Shown here: piece after piece, positions 55,024-64,000 of the stretch
How positions within the stretch are numbered: the stretch's first letter is position 1
How the letters are laid out: each line of letters opens with the position of its first letter
Assembly: GCA_963758915.1 (NCBI GenBank)
Contig: CAVWXH010000016.1
Coordinates: forward strand, 32,001 to 96,000
DNA: 64,000 bases
Source of the DNA: an uncultured Methanomicrobiales archaeon
GTDB taxonomy: Archaea; Halobacteriota; Methanomicrobia; Methanomicrobiales; Methanospirillaceae
Direction of reading: 5' to 3'
Notes under the pieces: model-generated
Told to the model about the DNA's origin: nothing
Seen by the model: the letters and a program-made list of their open reading frames with translations, nothing else
The model's database searches: none
Made by a program: the position numbers and the translations under genes

Positions 55024-56940
55024 ATGGAAACCACAAATATCGAGGCAGAGACGCAAGAGAGCATCCCTGCCGGAGAGCAGAAGACAGAGTTATCCTCACA
55101 GGTGGAAGTGCCTGCCAAGCTGATTGACCAGGTGATTGGCCAGGAACACGCGGTTGAGGTCATCAAAAAGGCTGCGATACAGAGGCGGCACGTAATGATG
55201 ATCGGGAGCCCCGGGACCGGGAAGTCAATGCTTGCCAAGGCCATGGCGGAACTCCTCCCGAAGGAAGAACTCCAGGATATCCTCGTCTATCCTAATTCTG
55301 ACGACAATAACAACCCTGTAATCAGGACCGTCCCGGCAAGCAGGGGCAAGCAGATTGTTACCGCCCACAAGGCCGAGGCACGCAAGAAGACCCAGTTCCG
55401 CAACACCCTTATGCTGCTCCTGATGATCGGGATAGTCGGCTATGCTTTCATTACCTTCCAGTGGCTTATGGGGATCATTGCAGCAGCATTTGTATTTATG
55501 GCGCTCCGGTATGCCACGCCAAGAGAAGAGGCAATGGTACCAAAACTCCTCGTTTCAAATGATGTGAATGCTGTTGCCCCTTTTGTTGATGCCACGGGTT
55601 CGCATGCAGGTGCGTTACTGGGAGATGTGCGGCATGACCCGTTCCAGAGTGGTGGTCTTGAGACCCCGTCACATGACCGGGTTGAAGCTGGTGCTATTCA
55701 CAGGGCCCATGAAGGCGTGCTTTTCATTGATGAGATCAATACACTGGGCCCGCATTCACAGCAGAACCTGCTCACGGCACTGCAGGAAGGGGAATTCCCT
55801 ATAACCGGGCAGAGTGAACGGTCAAGTGGGGCCATGGTCAGGACAGAACCGGTACCGTGCAAATTTGTCATGGTTGCGGCTGGTAACCTTGATGCAATTC
55901 AGGGGATGCACCCGGCCCTGAGGTCAAGGATACGGGGGTACGGGTATGAAGTCTACATGAGCGAGAGCATGCCTGATACGCCGGAAAACCGGGAAAAATA
56001 CATCAAGTTCATCGCCCAGGAAATCAAGAACGACGGAAAGATCCCGCATTTTGACCGGTCTGCCATAGATGAGATCATACGGGAGGCCAGGAGAAGATCG
56101 AGCCGGAAGGGTCACCTCACCCTGAAACTTCGTGACATGGGTGGCCTGATCCGTGTTGCAGGCGACCTTGCAAGGCAGGAAGGAGTGGAGATTACCACCG
56201 CTGAACATGTTATTGCAGGAAAATCCGTGGCCAGGTCGATTGAGGACCAGGTATCAGATGAATATATCAAGCGCAACCGGGAGTATGAACTCACCGTTAT
56301 TGAGGGTACGCGGATCGGACGTGTGAACGGACTCGCGGTCATGGGTAGTGATTCAGGGTCTGTCCTTCCCATCATGGCAGAAGTCACCCCGGCCCAGGGG
56401 GCAAGCGGGACTGTCATCGCCACGGGGATGCTTAAGGAGATTGCACAGGAATCAATAAAGAACGTGAGCGCTGTCCTGAAGAAGTTTACAGGAAAGGATA
56501 TCAAGAACATGGACGTCCATATCCAGTTTATCGGCACATATGGCGGCGTTGAAGGAGATTCTGCGTCTGTAAGCGTAGCAACTGCAGTAATCAGTGCGAT
56601 TGAAGGAATTCCGGTACGCCAGGACGTCGGGATGACGGGGTCCCTTTCTGTCCGGGGGGATGTGCTCCCGGTAGGCGGGGTAACCTTCAAGATTGAGGCT
56701 GCAGCCAAGGCGGGACTTAAGATGGTGCTGATCCCCCGGTCAAACGTGGATGATGTATTGATCGAAGAGCGGTTCAAATCAATTGTTGAAGTAATCGCAG
56801 TAGACCATATCGAGGATGTTTTAAAATATGCCCTCGTCCCTGAGAACAATGAGGGATTCCTTGCCAAGCTGAAGAAGATGGCAGCAGCCACGTCTAACAA
56901 GGTCCTTGAAACAACACCTGTTTCCCCTACACTGGTATGA
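55024..56940 (+). CDS. lonB: Archaeal membrane-anchored ATP-dependent protease LonB
   Basis: [17 protein letters not shown] insert, GDVRHDP, EGDSAS catalytic Ser, KIEAA Lys. Confidence 0.96.
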   Translation: METTNIEAETQESIPAGEQKTELSSQVEVPAKLIDQVIGQEHAVEVIKKAAIQRRHVMMIGSPGTGKSMLAKAMAELLPKEELQDILVYPNSDDNNNPVIRTVPASRGKQIVTAHKAEARKKTQFRNTLMLLLMIGIVGYAFITFQWLMGIIAAAFVFMALRYATPREEAMVPKLLVSNDVNAVAPFVDATGSHAGALLGDVRHDPFQSGGLETPSHDRVEAGAIHRAHEGVLFIDEINTLGPHSQQNLLTALQEGEFPITGQSERSSGAMVRTEPVPCKFVMVAAGNLDAIQGMHPALRSRIRGYGYEVYMSESMPDTPENREKYIKFIAQEIKNDGKIPHFDRSAIDEIIREARRRSSRKGHLTLKLRDMGGLIRVAGDLARQEGVEITTAEHVIAGKSVARSIEDQVSDEYIKRNREYELTVIEGTRIGRVNGLAVMGSDSGSVLPIMAEVTPAQGASGTVIATGMLKEIAQESIKNVSAVLKKFTGKDIKNMDVHIQFIGTYGGVEGDSASVSVATAVISAIEGIPVRQDVGMTGSLSVRGDVLPVGGVTFKIEAAAKAGLKMVLIPRSNVDDVLIEERFKSIVEVIAVDHIEDVLKYALVPENNEGFLAKLKKMAAATSNKVLETTPVSPTLV

Positions 56941-58277
56941 ATATGGGCAGGGACATCAGGTATTACGATGTCAGGCATGTGACAGGCCAGACAACCCATA
57001 TTGATATCGACAACTCGGTTATAGAATCGGCCGGTACTTCTTTTTTCAGCACTGCCGTGATCCGGGTGCTGGGACCTTCAGGCTGGGGAATATTGACCAT
57101 CGATAATTATTCATCCCCGAAAGGAAGAGAATTTGAGTCTCTACTTTCGAATGCGGCGTCTCTCGCACATATCACAACCGAACCTGTGACCCTTGCAGAT
57201 GCCCCCCATGGTGCACTTGTTGTACCCCCGATGAAAGAAGACCCGCGTGATGTGAGCCTTGAGGAAAAAACCGGGGTACTCGGGGAGATTGAATCCTCAG
57301 CCCGGCTCCCTGGTATCGTTAATACACGTGCCACGTATATCGAACGTGCCGAGCAGGTCCACTTTATCGACAGCAGTGCGAATGAATATTCGTTCGGGAT
57401 ATGCCGGTCGGGATTCAACATCATGGCGGTGGCCTCAAGGGAAGGCAATGTACAGATGGGGTATGAACGCCTGCATTCGATCCATGGACTGAATCTCCGT
57501 CACCAGCAGGAGATGGGGAGGTTAGCCGGGGAACGGGCGCTGTCACTCATCGATGCGAAGGCAGCCACCGGTGGTACAATGGATGCGATTCTTGACCCCG
57601 AACTCGCGGGGGTTTTTGCCCATGAGGCAGTCGGGCATGCAAGCGAGGGGGACCTTGTCCATGAAGGGAATTCAGTCCTGTCCGGAAAGATCGGCGAACG
57701 GATAGGGAGCAGTCTCATCACAATTGTAGATGACCCGTCTCTCCATGAGTTCGGCTTTGACCCGGTTGATGCAGAAGGGGTCAGGGTAGGGAGGACAACA
57801 ATTATTGACCGTGGGATTGTCAGGGCCTACCTGCATAACAGGGAAACCCTTGCATCGGTCGGAAACGGGGTCGCGGGCCATGCCAGGGCAAGCCCTGGTG
57901 AGGCCCCTCTTGTGCGGATGTCCAACACATTTATCGAGGAAGGAGATGCGGGCCTTGATGAAATGCTTGAAGGGATCAGCACCGGGATAATCCTCTATGG
58001 TTCCCGGGGTGGGCAGGTAGACCCGGGAAGAGGCGTATTCCAGTTCAACGCCGAATACGGCTATGTAATTGAGAAAGGGGAGAGAAAAGCGATGGTAAGG
58101 GATGTATCCCTTTCCGGGGAGATCCTATCCACCCTCCATTCGATTGAAATGTGCGGGAAAGAGCGGAAAATGTCACAGGGATATTGTGGCAAAGGTGGCC
58201 AGAGTGTCCCTGTGAGTGATGGGGCGCCTTATATAATGCTCCGGAATGCGGTGGTGGGTGGCAGTGGCACAGAATGA
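56937..58277 (+). CDS. tldD: TldD family metalloprotease
   Basis: [29 protein letters not shown]. Confidence 0.92.
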   Translation: MNMGRDIRYYDVRHVTGQTTHIDIDNSVIESAGTSFFSTAVIRVLGPSGWGILTIDNYSSPKGREFESLLSNAASLAHITTEPVTLADAPHGALVVPPMKEDPRDVSLEEKTGVLGEIESSARLPGIVNTRATYIERAEQVHFIDSSANEYSFGICRSGFNIMAVASREGNVQMGYERLHSIHGLNLRHQQEMGRLAGERALSLIDAKAATGGTMDAILDPELAGVFAHEAVGHASEGDLVHEGNSVLSGKIGERIGSSLITIVDDPSLHEFGFDPVDAEGVRVGRTTIIDRGIVRAYLHNRETLASVGNGVAGHARASPGEAPLVRMSNTFIEEGDAGLDEMLEGISTGIILYGSRGGQVDPGRGVFQFNAEYGYVIEKGERKAMVRDVSLSGEILSTLHSIEMCGKERKMSQGYCGKGGQSVPVSDGAPYIMLRNAVVGGSGTE

Positions 58278-59583
58278 GATCCTGATACCAGGTGACATTG
58301 CCGGTCTGATCGACACAATTATCAGGAACGGTGAGGCCCTTGTCGAAGAAGTAGAGGTCTATATAGCCGGGGGCGAGTCGGTATCTGCCGAATTAACAAA
58401 GACTAACATTGGAATTGCGACAGGTTCCAAGTCTTTAGGCCTTGGTATCCGCACGATTGACCATGGGCGGATCGGGTCATCAGGGACCAGCGATCCCGCG
58501 GCATGGAGAAAATGTCTTGATGCAGCAGTCTCCAGCGGGACCCTTGCCACCCCGCAGGAATGGGGCGGGCTCCCCCTGCCTTCCGTCCAGGAACGGCCAT
58601 TCCTGTCATTTGACCCGGAAGTGCGGGTCGAGGCCGGAATTGTCGAGAAGGCCATTTATAGCATGCTGAACGGTGCAGAGGAATTCCCGGTAAACGTAAC
58701 GTCCGGCTCTGCTGATATTTCAACGGGTTATCTCACGCTTGCCAATTCACACGGGGTACGGTATTCCACAAAAAAATCCATGGTTTCTGTCTCCCTCGAA
58801 GCAATCAGCGATCAGTCGACGGGGTACGAGTTTGACCAGTCTGTGACGAGGTCGGTCGATCCGGAGAATGTCGGGAGGATGGCAGCATTTTTTGCACATC
58901 ATGGCAGGTCTGGTGAGGGACTGCCGACCGGAGACTATTCCCTGGTCCTCTCACCCATGGCATTAGCCCAGTTGCTTGGAAACGTGTTTGTCCCGGCTGT
59001 GAACGGACGGAGTGTCCATGCAGGCCGGTCTAAACTGGCCAAATCCATCGGTGAAGTAGTGGCGGATACCCGCATCTCGATATATGATGACCCGTTCCGG
59101 AGCCATGGGCCGGGTAGCACCTGTTGGGATGCGGAGGGTGTCCCGACAAGGCGCATTGATATTGTTCGGGATGGTGTCCTTACTGAATTCCTGTACGACC
59201 TGAAGACCGGCTACCGGTATGGAAAGAATAGTACCGGAAGTGCATTACGCTCGGGATACGGGGGGTTGCCAGGGATTGGTTACCATAACCTTGTATTTGA
59301 CGGTCCACGCACCGACACCAGGGATGAACCTGCGATTTATGTGCATGATGTTGTCGGGGCCCATACTGCCAATCCCATGAGCGGGGATTTTTCCGTCGAG
59401 ATCTCCAACCCCTCATGGATCGAAAACGGTGAGTTTGGAAACCCTGTACGAAAAGCCATGTATGCAGGAAACGTATTCGATCTGCTAAAAGAGATTGAGG
59501 GAATAGCCCATGGGGAACGGGTTATTGGTGCCATGGTCCTGCCTGAAATCAGGTTGTCAGGGCAGCGTATTATCGGAATTTAA
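58264..59583 (+). CDS. pmbA: TldE/PmbA family protein (start approximate)
   Basis: DAEGVP, STGSA, GAHTANPMSGDFS; no HExxxH; follows tldD. Confidence 0.88.
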   Translation: MAQNEILIPGDIAGLIDTIIRNGEALVEEVEVYIAGGESVSAELTKTNIGIATGSKSLGLGIRTIDHGRIGSSGTSDPAAWRKCLDAAVSSGTLATPQEWGGLPLPSVQERPFLSFDPEVRVEAGIVEKAIYSMLNGAEEFPVNVTSGSADISTGYLTLANSHGVRYSTKKSMVSVSLEAISDQSTGYEFDQSVTRSVDPENVGRMAAFFAHHGRSGEGLPTGDYSLVLSPMALAQLLGNVFVPAVNGRSVHAGRSKLAKSIGEVVADTRISIYDDPFRSHGPGSTCWDAEGVPTRRIDIVRDGVLTEFLYDLKTGYRYGKNSTGSALRSGYGGLPGIGYHNLVFDGPRTDTRDEPAIYVHDVVGAHTANPMSGDFSVEISNPSWIENGEFGNPVRKAMYAGNVFDLLKEIEGIAHGERVIGAMVLPEIRLSGQRIIGI

Positions 59584-59779
59584 TCTTCTATGTCTGGAAG
59601 AATTTTTCTGACATGTGAACCTGCCTTACTGGAACTTATCCGATCGGAAAAAAATCTAAAAAAATCGGGGTCCATCAGGGTAATATCGTGAATAATTACG
59701 AAAAAATTACTCCCCAAAAGCCTGAAAATAAAACGATATACCGAAAATACTTTATGATATGCCGTTTTTTTAATATTTA

Positions 59780-60058
59780 ATGACAGATGTGCCTCTTTCC
59801 AGCTACACATTTCTCATAACGATCCTCATTGTGGCGATACTGGTAGGATTTTTTATCATTAAAAATCTCATGAAACTGGTTATTAATTCGATTCTTGGCC
59901 TGTTGTTACTTTTTTTTGTGAACTACTTTCACGTGCTCGGGGCTGTTGGAAAACCAGACATACCCATTACCCCCCTGACATTCCTTATCTGCCTGTTCGG
60001 GGGAATACCTGGTGCACTCCTCCTTATACTGCTGCAGTTGGCGGGCTTCCCCCTGTAA
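59780..60058 (+). CDS. BofA-like small membrane protein
   Basis: KLVINSILG..L, IPIT, GGIPG pattern; three TM segments. Confidence 0.78.
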   Translation: MTDVPLSSYTFLITILIVAILVGFFIIKNLMKLVINSILGLLLLFFVNYFHVLGAVGKPDIPITPLTFLICLFGGIPGALLLILLQLAGFPL

Positions 60059-60328
60059 TTGTTACAAATTTAATTCGTACTCATCGTGCCCCTATCAGAA
60101 CACAGGGAAATCACAACATTTTAGCCGGAACATTATCTTTTCAAAACAGTATTTTTCCGGATTTCTGACGTCAACTGCAGTTTAAACAGTTAAATTAAAA
60201 TTCTATTGGATTATATTTCGTAAACCTGGATATTCCTGATTTTTATGGTCACCGATTGTGAAAATACAAGGGATAAAGAATAAGAATAAATACTTCAGGT
60301 GATGAAGGACTGAACAGGTGATAGAGAT

Positions 60329-60481
60329 ATGTGCAGTGTCGGCGGCCCGATGGATGTAGAGTTTACAGAACGGATCAAGGGAAAGGATTACCGTTGCAGG
60401 GATTGTGGCGAGCGTTTCAAAGGAATTGGGAAAAAACCAATCTGTCCTTCATGCCAGTCAGATAATGTCGAAGAAGCATAA
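60329..60481 (+). CDS. 50-aa zinc-ribbon protein (absent from the ORF track)
   Basis: AGGTGA RBS; MCSVGGPMDVEFTERIKGKDYRCRDCGERFKGIGKKPICPSCQSDNVEEA. Confidence 0.82.
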   Translation: MCSVGGPMDVEFTERIKGKDYRCRDCGERFKGIGKKPICPSCQSDNVEEA

Positions 60482-60956
60482 CCTTGGATCAGGAAACGAG
60501 TACCTTCTCATCCAGGGTGACTATTCTTTTCTTCTCATAGGGAAAGCCGGAACTCTGCGTTGCATCTGTATCGAGACAACAGACAATGAGTACTGCCAGG
60601 GATTGTCACCTGATGATCTCATTGTCGTATCTGCTCCGGAAGGTGGTCCGGTTGAGCCGGCCATCATGCTCCTCGAACTGGTAAGGACGTACAAATGTCC
60701 GCTGATGGTGTTACCAAAAGGGCATCCCGGGTCAAAACGGCTTAGGTACGTGATTTCTGCCGGTGACCGCATAAGGCTCAGTTGTTCAATTGAGCGCGGT
60801 ACTCATCCGGAGCAGGACGTACTCTGCGCCAATGGGGAATTTCTGGAATTGGTGCTTACGGCGGTGAATGGCGGGGTCGACATAGAAGGTCCTGAAAATG
60901 ACTACCCTGTTTCTCTAATCAACTATTCTCTTCCCCCTGTCCCGAAACAGACCTGA
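60465..60956 (+). CDS. Hypothetical protein
   Basis: ATG 60465 overlaps the zinc-ribbon gene end; HPGS and RGTHPEQ motifs; function not recognised. Confidence 0.72.
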   Translation: MSKKHNLGSGNEYLLIQGDYSFLLIGKAGTLRCICIETTDNEYCQGLSPDDLIVVSAPEGGPVEPAIMLLELVRTYKCPLMVLPKGHPGSKRLRYVISAGDRIRLSCSIERGTHPEQDVLCANGEFLELVLTAVNGGVDIEGPENDYPVSLINYSLPPVPKQT

Positions 60957-61164
60957 AAATGCGTCCCGTTTCGTATGGGACTAATTTCATACATGGGATA
61001 AGAGAAAAAAATGTATAAATACCGGCAATTTTTTTGAATTACCCCTGATAATGGGGATTTTAACTCTGAATGCCTGATTCCCTCTCCGTTTCTGATGAAA
61101 TAAATAACAACACATTTAAGAGTGTTTTTCCTAAAATGTAGTAGTATCATGAGAGGAGGGTTGG

Positions 61165-61494
61165 ATGAAGACTGAGGTCTTGAAAGACATCAAAGCTGCA
61201 GAAGAAGAGTATGGAACAACGATACGTAATGCAGAGGTGGACAGGAAAAAAAGTCTTGCCAATGCAGAGCTTGAAGCGGGTAACCTGATTATCAAGGCAA
61301 ACAACACCGCTGAAGAGTACAGGAAGAAACGCATGGCGGATGCCAGGACACATGCCGCAGAAGCCCATGCCCGGATCATCAGGGAGGGTGAACAAGGTGC
61401 GGTTGCACTGCGGGACCAGGGCAAAAGAAACCTTGAACGGGCAGTAGCATTGCTGGTAACCCGGTTCAGGGAGCAGCTGCATGTTCAAGCCTAG
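61165..61494 (+). CDS. atpH: A-type ATP synthase subunit H
   Basis: GGAGG RBS; charged coiled coil; first gene of the operon. Confidence 0.85.
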   Translation: MKTEVLKDIKAAEEEYGTTIRNAEVDRKKSLANAELEAGNLIIKANNTAEEYRKKRMADARTHAAEAHARIIREGEQGAVALRDQGKRNLERAVALLVTRFREQLHVQA

Positions 61495-63448
61495 GCAGAT
61501 GAGCCGCCTGTTTATTGCGGCCTCCAAGGACCAGATGGAGCCGGTTATCCAGGAGCTGTACCGCCACGGTGTGTTTCATATCGAAGAGTTTACAGACCAG
61601 GCTAAAAAGGAATATGAAGGGTTTAAGATTGGAATGCCCCTTGCAGGTGCAAGTGAGGCATCAAGCGATCTCCTGATCATCCGGTCCCTCACCGCAGCGT
61701 ACATGGTGAAAGCTGATGATGAGGGACCTGGTACCAGGCGACGGACTTCTGAGATCAGGTCCCTGATTGAGCGGGACCTTCCTGTTATCGAGAAAGAAAC
61801 CGAAGGTCTTACCACGATGCGTTCGAGGTTAGAAACTGAAGGGAAGGACCTTGAACAGAAGATTGCGGCCCTGAAACCTTTTGCGGGAATACCGGTTGAC
61901 CTTGAACTTTTACGTGGTTACGAGTCTCTTGCCGTATTCGCCGGATCGGTTGTCCATGATGTAGCCCTTGAAATTCCACATGAACGTTTCTATTCCCCTT
62001 CCAAAGCAGGGAATTTTATTGTTGTTATAGTACCGGTTGAAAACCGCTCACAAGTGGAAAAAGTTCTCAATGATGCGATGTTCCAGCAGGTCCAGATACC
62101 TGATGAAACGGGTCCTGCATCGGTAGCAATTAGTTCATACCAGGTGCAGATTATTTCAGTAACGGAACAGATTGCAGCAAATACTGCAAAATTAGAGGAG
62201 AACAGGAAAAAATATGCAGGGTTCCTGCTTGCCTGTGATGAGCTCCTCACAACAGATGTTTCAAAAACCGAAGCCCCGCTCCGGTTCGCGACAACAGACC
62301 AGTCGTTCGTTGCAGAAGGTTGGGTACCAGTTGACGAAGTCGCGGGCCTGACAGAGGCAATTAACCGGGTTACCAAAGAAAAATGTTACATAACTGAACT
62401 CCCGGTTGATTTCGAGCACGATGCCATTCCGATGGAGTACGATAATCCATCGTTCTCCCGCCCGTCCCAGCTGATTATGGACACCTATTCGAGGCCGAGG
62501 TACGCGGAGATTGATCCGACACTGATTATTGCCTTCGTATTTCCGCTATTCTTTGGTTTAATCCTTGGAGATGTCGGATACGGACTGTTGCTGTTAGTGT
62601 TAAGCCTCGTGTTGCGTCGTTATATCAAGAGTGGGGACGGTGCGCAACTGGTGAACCTACTCACGATTTTTGCAATTTCAACGATTGCATTCGGAATTTT
62701 GTATTCAGAACTTCTCGGGTTCAAATTACCGTGGGAACCCCTGATGTTCTCGCGACACATGAATATCGGGACCTCACATGGTGAAGGGGCCGCAATACCC
62801 GAACTGATGGTAATGTCGATCTGGATTGGAATCCTGTACATCACACTTGGAAGGTTACTTGGCATAATCAACCATGCCAGGATGGACCATGGTTCCCACC
62901 GGATGAAAGCCGTGCTTGCAAACGTAGGCTGGATTTTCGTTATGTGGGGCCTCCTGTTCATGATCTGGTCGGTCTTCCCAATTCCGTATATGCCGGATTT
63001 AACTATGTTCCCCCCCATTGTTGCAGGGCTTAACATTGCCGCATTAACCGGTGCTGTGATGCTTGTGCTCGGTATCGTATTCATTGCACGGGACAACCCG
63101 CATGAAATTGTCGAGATACCAACTATCATCAGTCATATCCTATCATTTGCCCGTCTTGTGGCAGTAGGTCTCTCTTCAGTAGCAATTGCGATGGTAGTCA
63201 ATCTGATTGCTATCGGAATGATCATTGAACCACAGCTCAGGAACTTCACCCCGGTGAGTATTATCATTATTCTCGTTGGTGTGCTCGTCTTTATTGTCGG
63301 CCACCTTGGTAACGGAGTGCTTGGGCTTATTGGTGGAGGGCTTCAGTCCCTCAGGTTACAGTATGTCGAATTCTTCACCAAGTTCTACAAAGGTGGAGGC
63401 GTAAAATACAATCCATTTGGAATGATTAGAAGATTTACGGAGGATTAA
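61481..63448 (+). CDS. atpI: A-type ATP synthase subunit I (a)
   Basis: EGWVP, EIDPT, GDVGYG, SFARL, LRLQYVEFF.KFY.GGG. Confidence 0.96.
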   Translation: MFKPRQMSRLFIAASKDQMEPVIQELYRHGVFHIEEFTDQAKKEYEGFKIGMPLAGASEASSDLLIIRSLTAAYMVKADDEGPGTRRRTSEIRSLIERDLPVIEKETEGLTTMRSRLETEGKDLEQKIAALKPFAGIPVDLELLRGYESLAVFAGSVVHDVALEIPHERFYSPSKAGNFIVVIVPVENRSQVEKVLNDAMFQQVQIPDETGPASVAISSYQVQIISVTEQIAANTAKLEENRKKYAGFLLACDELLTTDVSKTEAPLRFATTDQSFVAEGWVPVDEVAGLTEAINRVTKEKCYITELPVDFEHDAIPMEYDNPSFSRPSQLIMDTYSRPRYAEIDPTLIIAFVFPLFFGLILGDVGYGLLLLVLSLVLRRYIKSGDGAQLVNLLTIFAISTIAFGILYSELLGFKLPWEPLMFSRHMNIGTSHGEGAAIPELMVMSIWIGILYITLGRLLGIINHARMDHGSHRMKAVLANVGWIFVMWGLLFMIWSVFPIPYMPDLTMFPPIVAGLNIAALTGAVMLVLGIVFIARDNPHEIVEIPTIISHILSFARLVAVGLSSVAIAMVVNLIAIGMIIEPQLRNFTPVSIIIILVGVLVFIVGHLGNGVLGLIGGGLQSLRLQYVEFFTKFYKGGGVKYNPFGMIRRFTED

Positions 63449-63450
63449 TT

Positions 63451-63711
63451 ATGGCAGCAGAAGTTGTAGCAGCAATTACAGACATTGAACTCATGAAAGC
63501 ATCGCAGATTGGACTTAAGGCAATAGGCGCAGGACTCGCAGTTGGTCTCACCGGACTTGGCACAGGAGTTGCCGAGATGGCAATTGGTCCTGCAGCCGTT
63601 GGCGCCACAGCAGAAAACAAGGACATATTTGGTCTTGCCCTGCTGTTTACTGTCATCCCGGAAACAATTGTTATCTTCGGGCTCGTGGTCGCACTCCTGC
63701 TGTTATTCTAA
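63451..63711 (+). CDS. atpK: A-type ATP synthase subunit K (c), single hairpin
   Basis: GAGLAVGL, IPETIVIFG. Confidence 0.95.
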   Translation: MAAEVVAAITDIELMKASQIGLKAIGAGLAVGLTGLGTGVAEMAIGPAAVGATAENKDIFGLALLFTVIPETIVIFGLVVALLLLF

Positions 63712-63724
63712 ACCGGAGCAGATC

Positions 63725-64000
63725 ATGGGACTGGAAGCAGTCGTCGGAGAGATCAGGGCTAAAGGGCAGAAAGAAGCGGCAGCAATCCGCGAGCAGACCC
63801 GGAAAGATGTAGAATACATCCTGTCCGGAAGCCAGGAAAAGGCATCGAAGATCAAGCTCGCTGCAGAAGAATCTATCGAAAAGCAGGTAAGGCATATCGA
63901 GAGCCAGGAAGTCTCTGCCGCAAACCTACTGGTGAAGAGGAATCTTCTTAATACCCAGAAGGCACTGCTCGACGAAACATACCAAGATGCCCTCGAATCC
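63725..64000 (+). CDS. atpE: A-type ATP synthase subunit E (3'-truncated by window)
   Basis: MGLEAVVGEIRAKGQKEAAAI... open to window end; follows atpK. Confidence 0.9.
   Translation, partial: MGLEAVVGEIRAKGQKEAAAIREQTRKDVEYILSGSQEKASKIKLAAEESIEKQVRHIESQEVSAANLLVKRNLLNTQKALLDETYQDALES

Noticed and set aside
33215-56999. Long antisense ORFs over dnaK, ilvB, lonB and others
   Set aside because: Shadow frames of conserved genes.

Overview
Archaeal chromosome segment. Gene content and protein sequences point to a hydrogenotrophic methanogen of the Methanomicrobiales (Methanoregula/Methanolinea-like; inference). It is mostly housekeeping: uvrA-uvrC-uvrB, a ~4.7-kb IPT/PKD-repeat surface protein gene, M42 peptidase, aminotransferase, hxlB, Mrp, RNase HI, eIF5A, FBPase/IMPase with NAD kinase, Trm11, grpE-dnaK-dnaJ, purH, cimA-ilvB-ilvN, glycosyltransferases, tRNA-Ser(CGA), thermosome, prs-rtcA-nob1-gfcR, lonB-tldD-tldE and the start of the A1A0 ATP synthase operon. 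Several conserved genes (uvrC, uvrB, prs, PKD gene and others) carry single-base frameshifts that look like consensus errors. The unexpected signal is intergenic. About 13 loci hold a non-coding repeat family bounded by GGCT(C/T)TGT(T/A)GAAA(C/T) inverted repeats (IS903/IS5-like), some with 7-9 bp target duplications. The family is modular: a ~240-bp GC-rich hairpin core, an ~85-100-bp module A with a TGAAC-N5-GTTCA palindrome, and accessory modules B and C. The core occurs in both orientations relative to module A, or without A. The junctions fall at the same GAAA(C/T)CC site. Copies nest inside each other, sit mostly just after stop codons, and in one case the two halves bracket a whole gene. 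No transposase or recombinase gene is present in the window.
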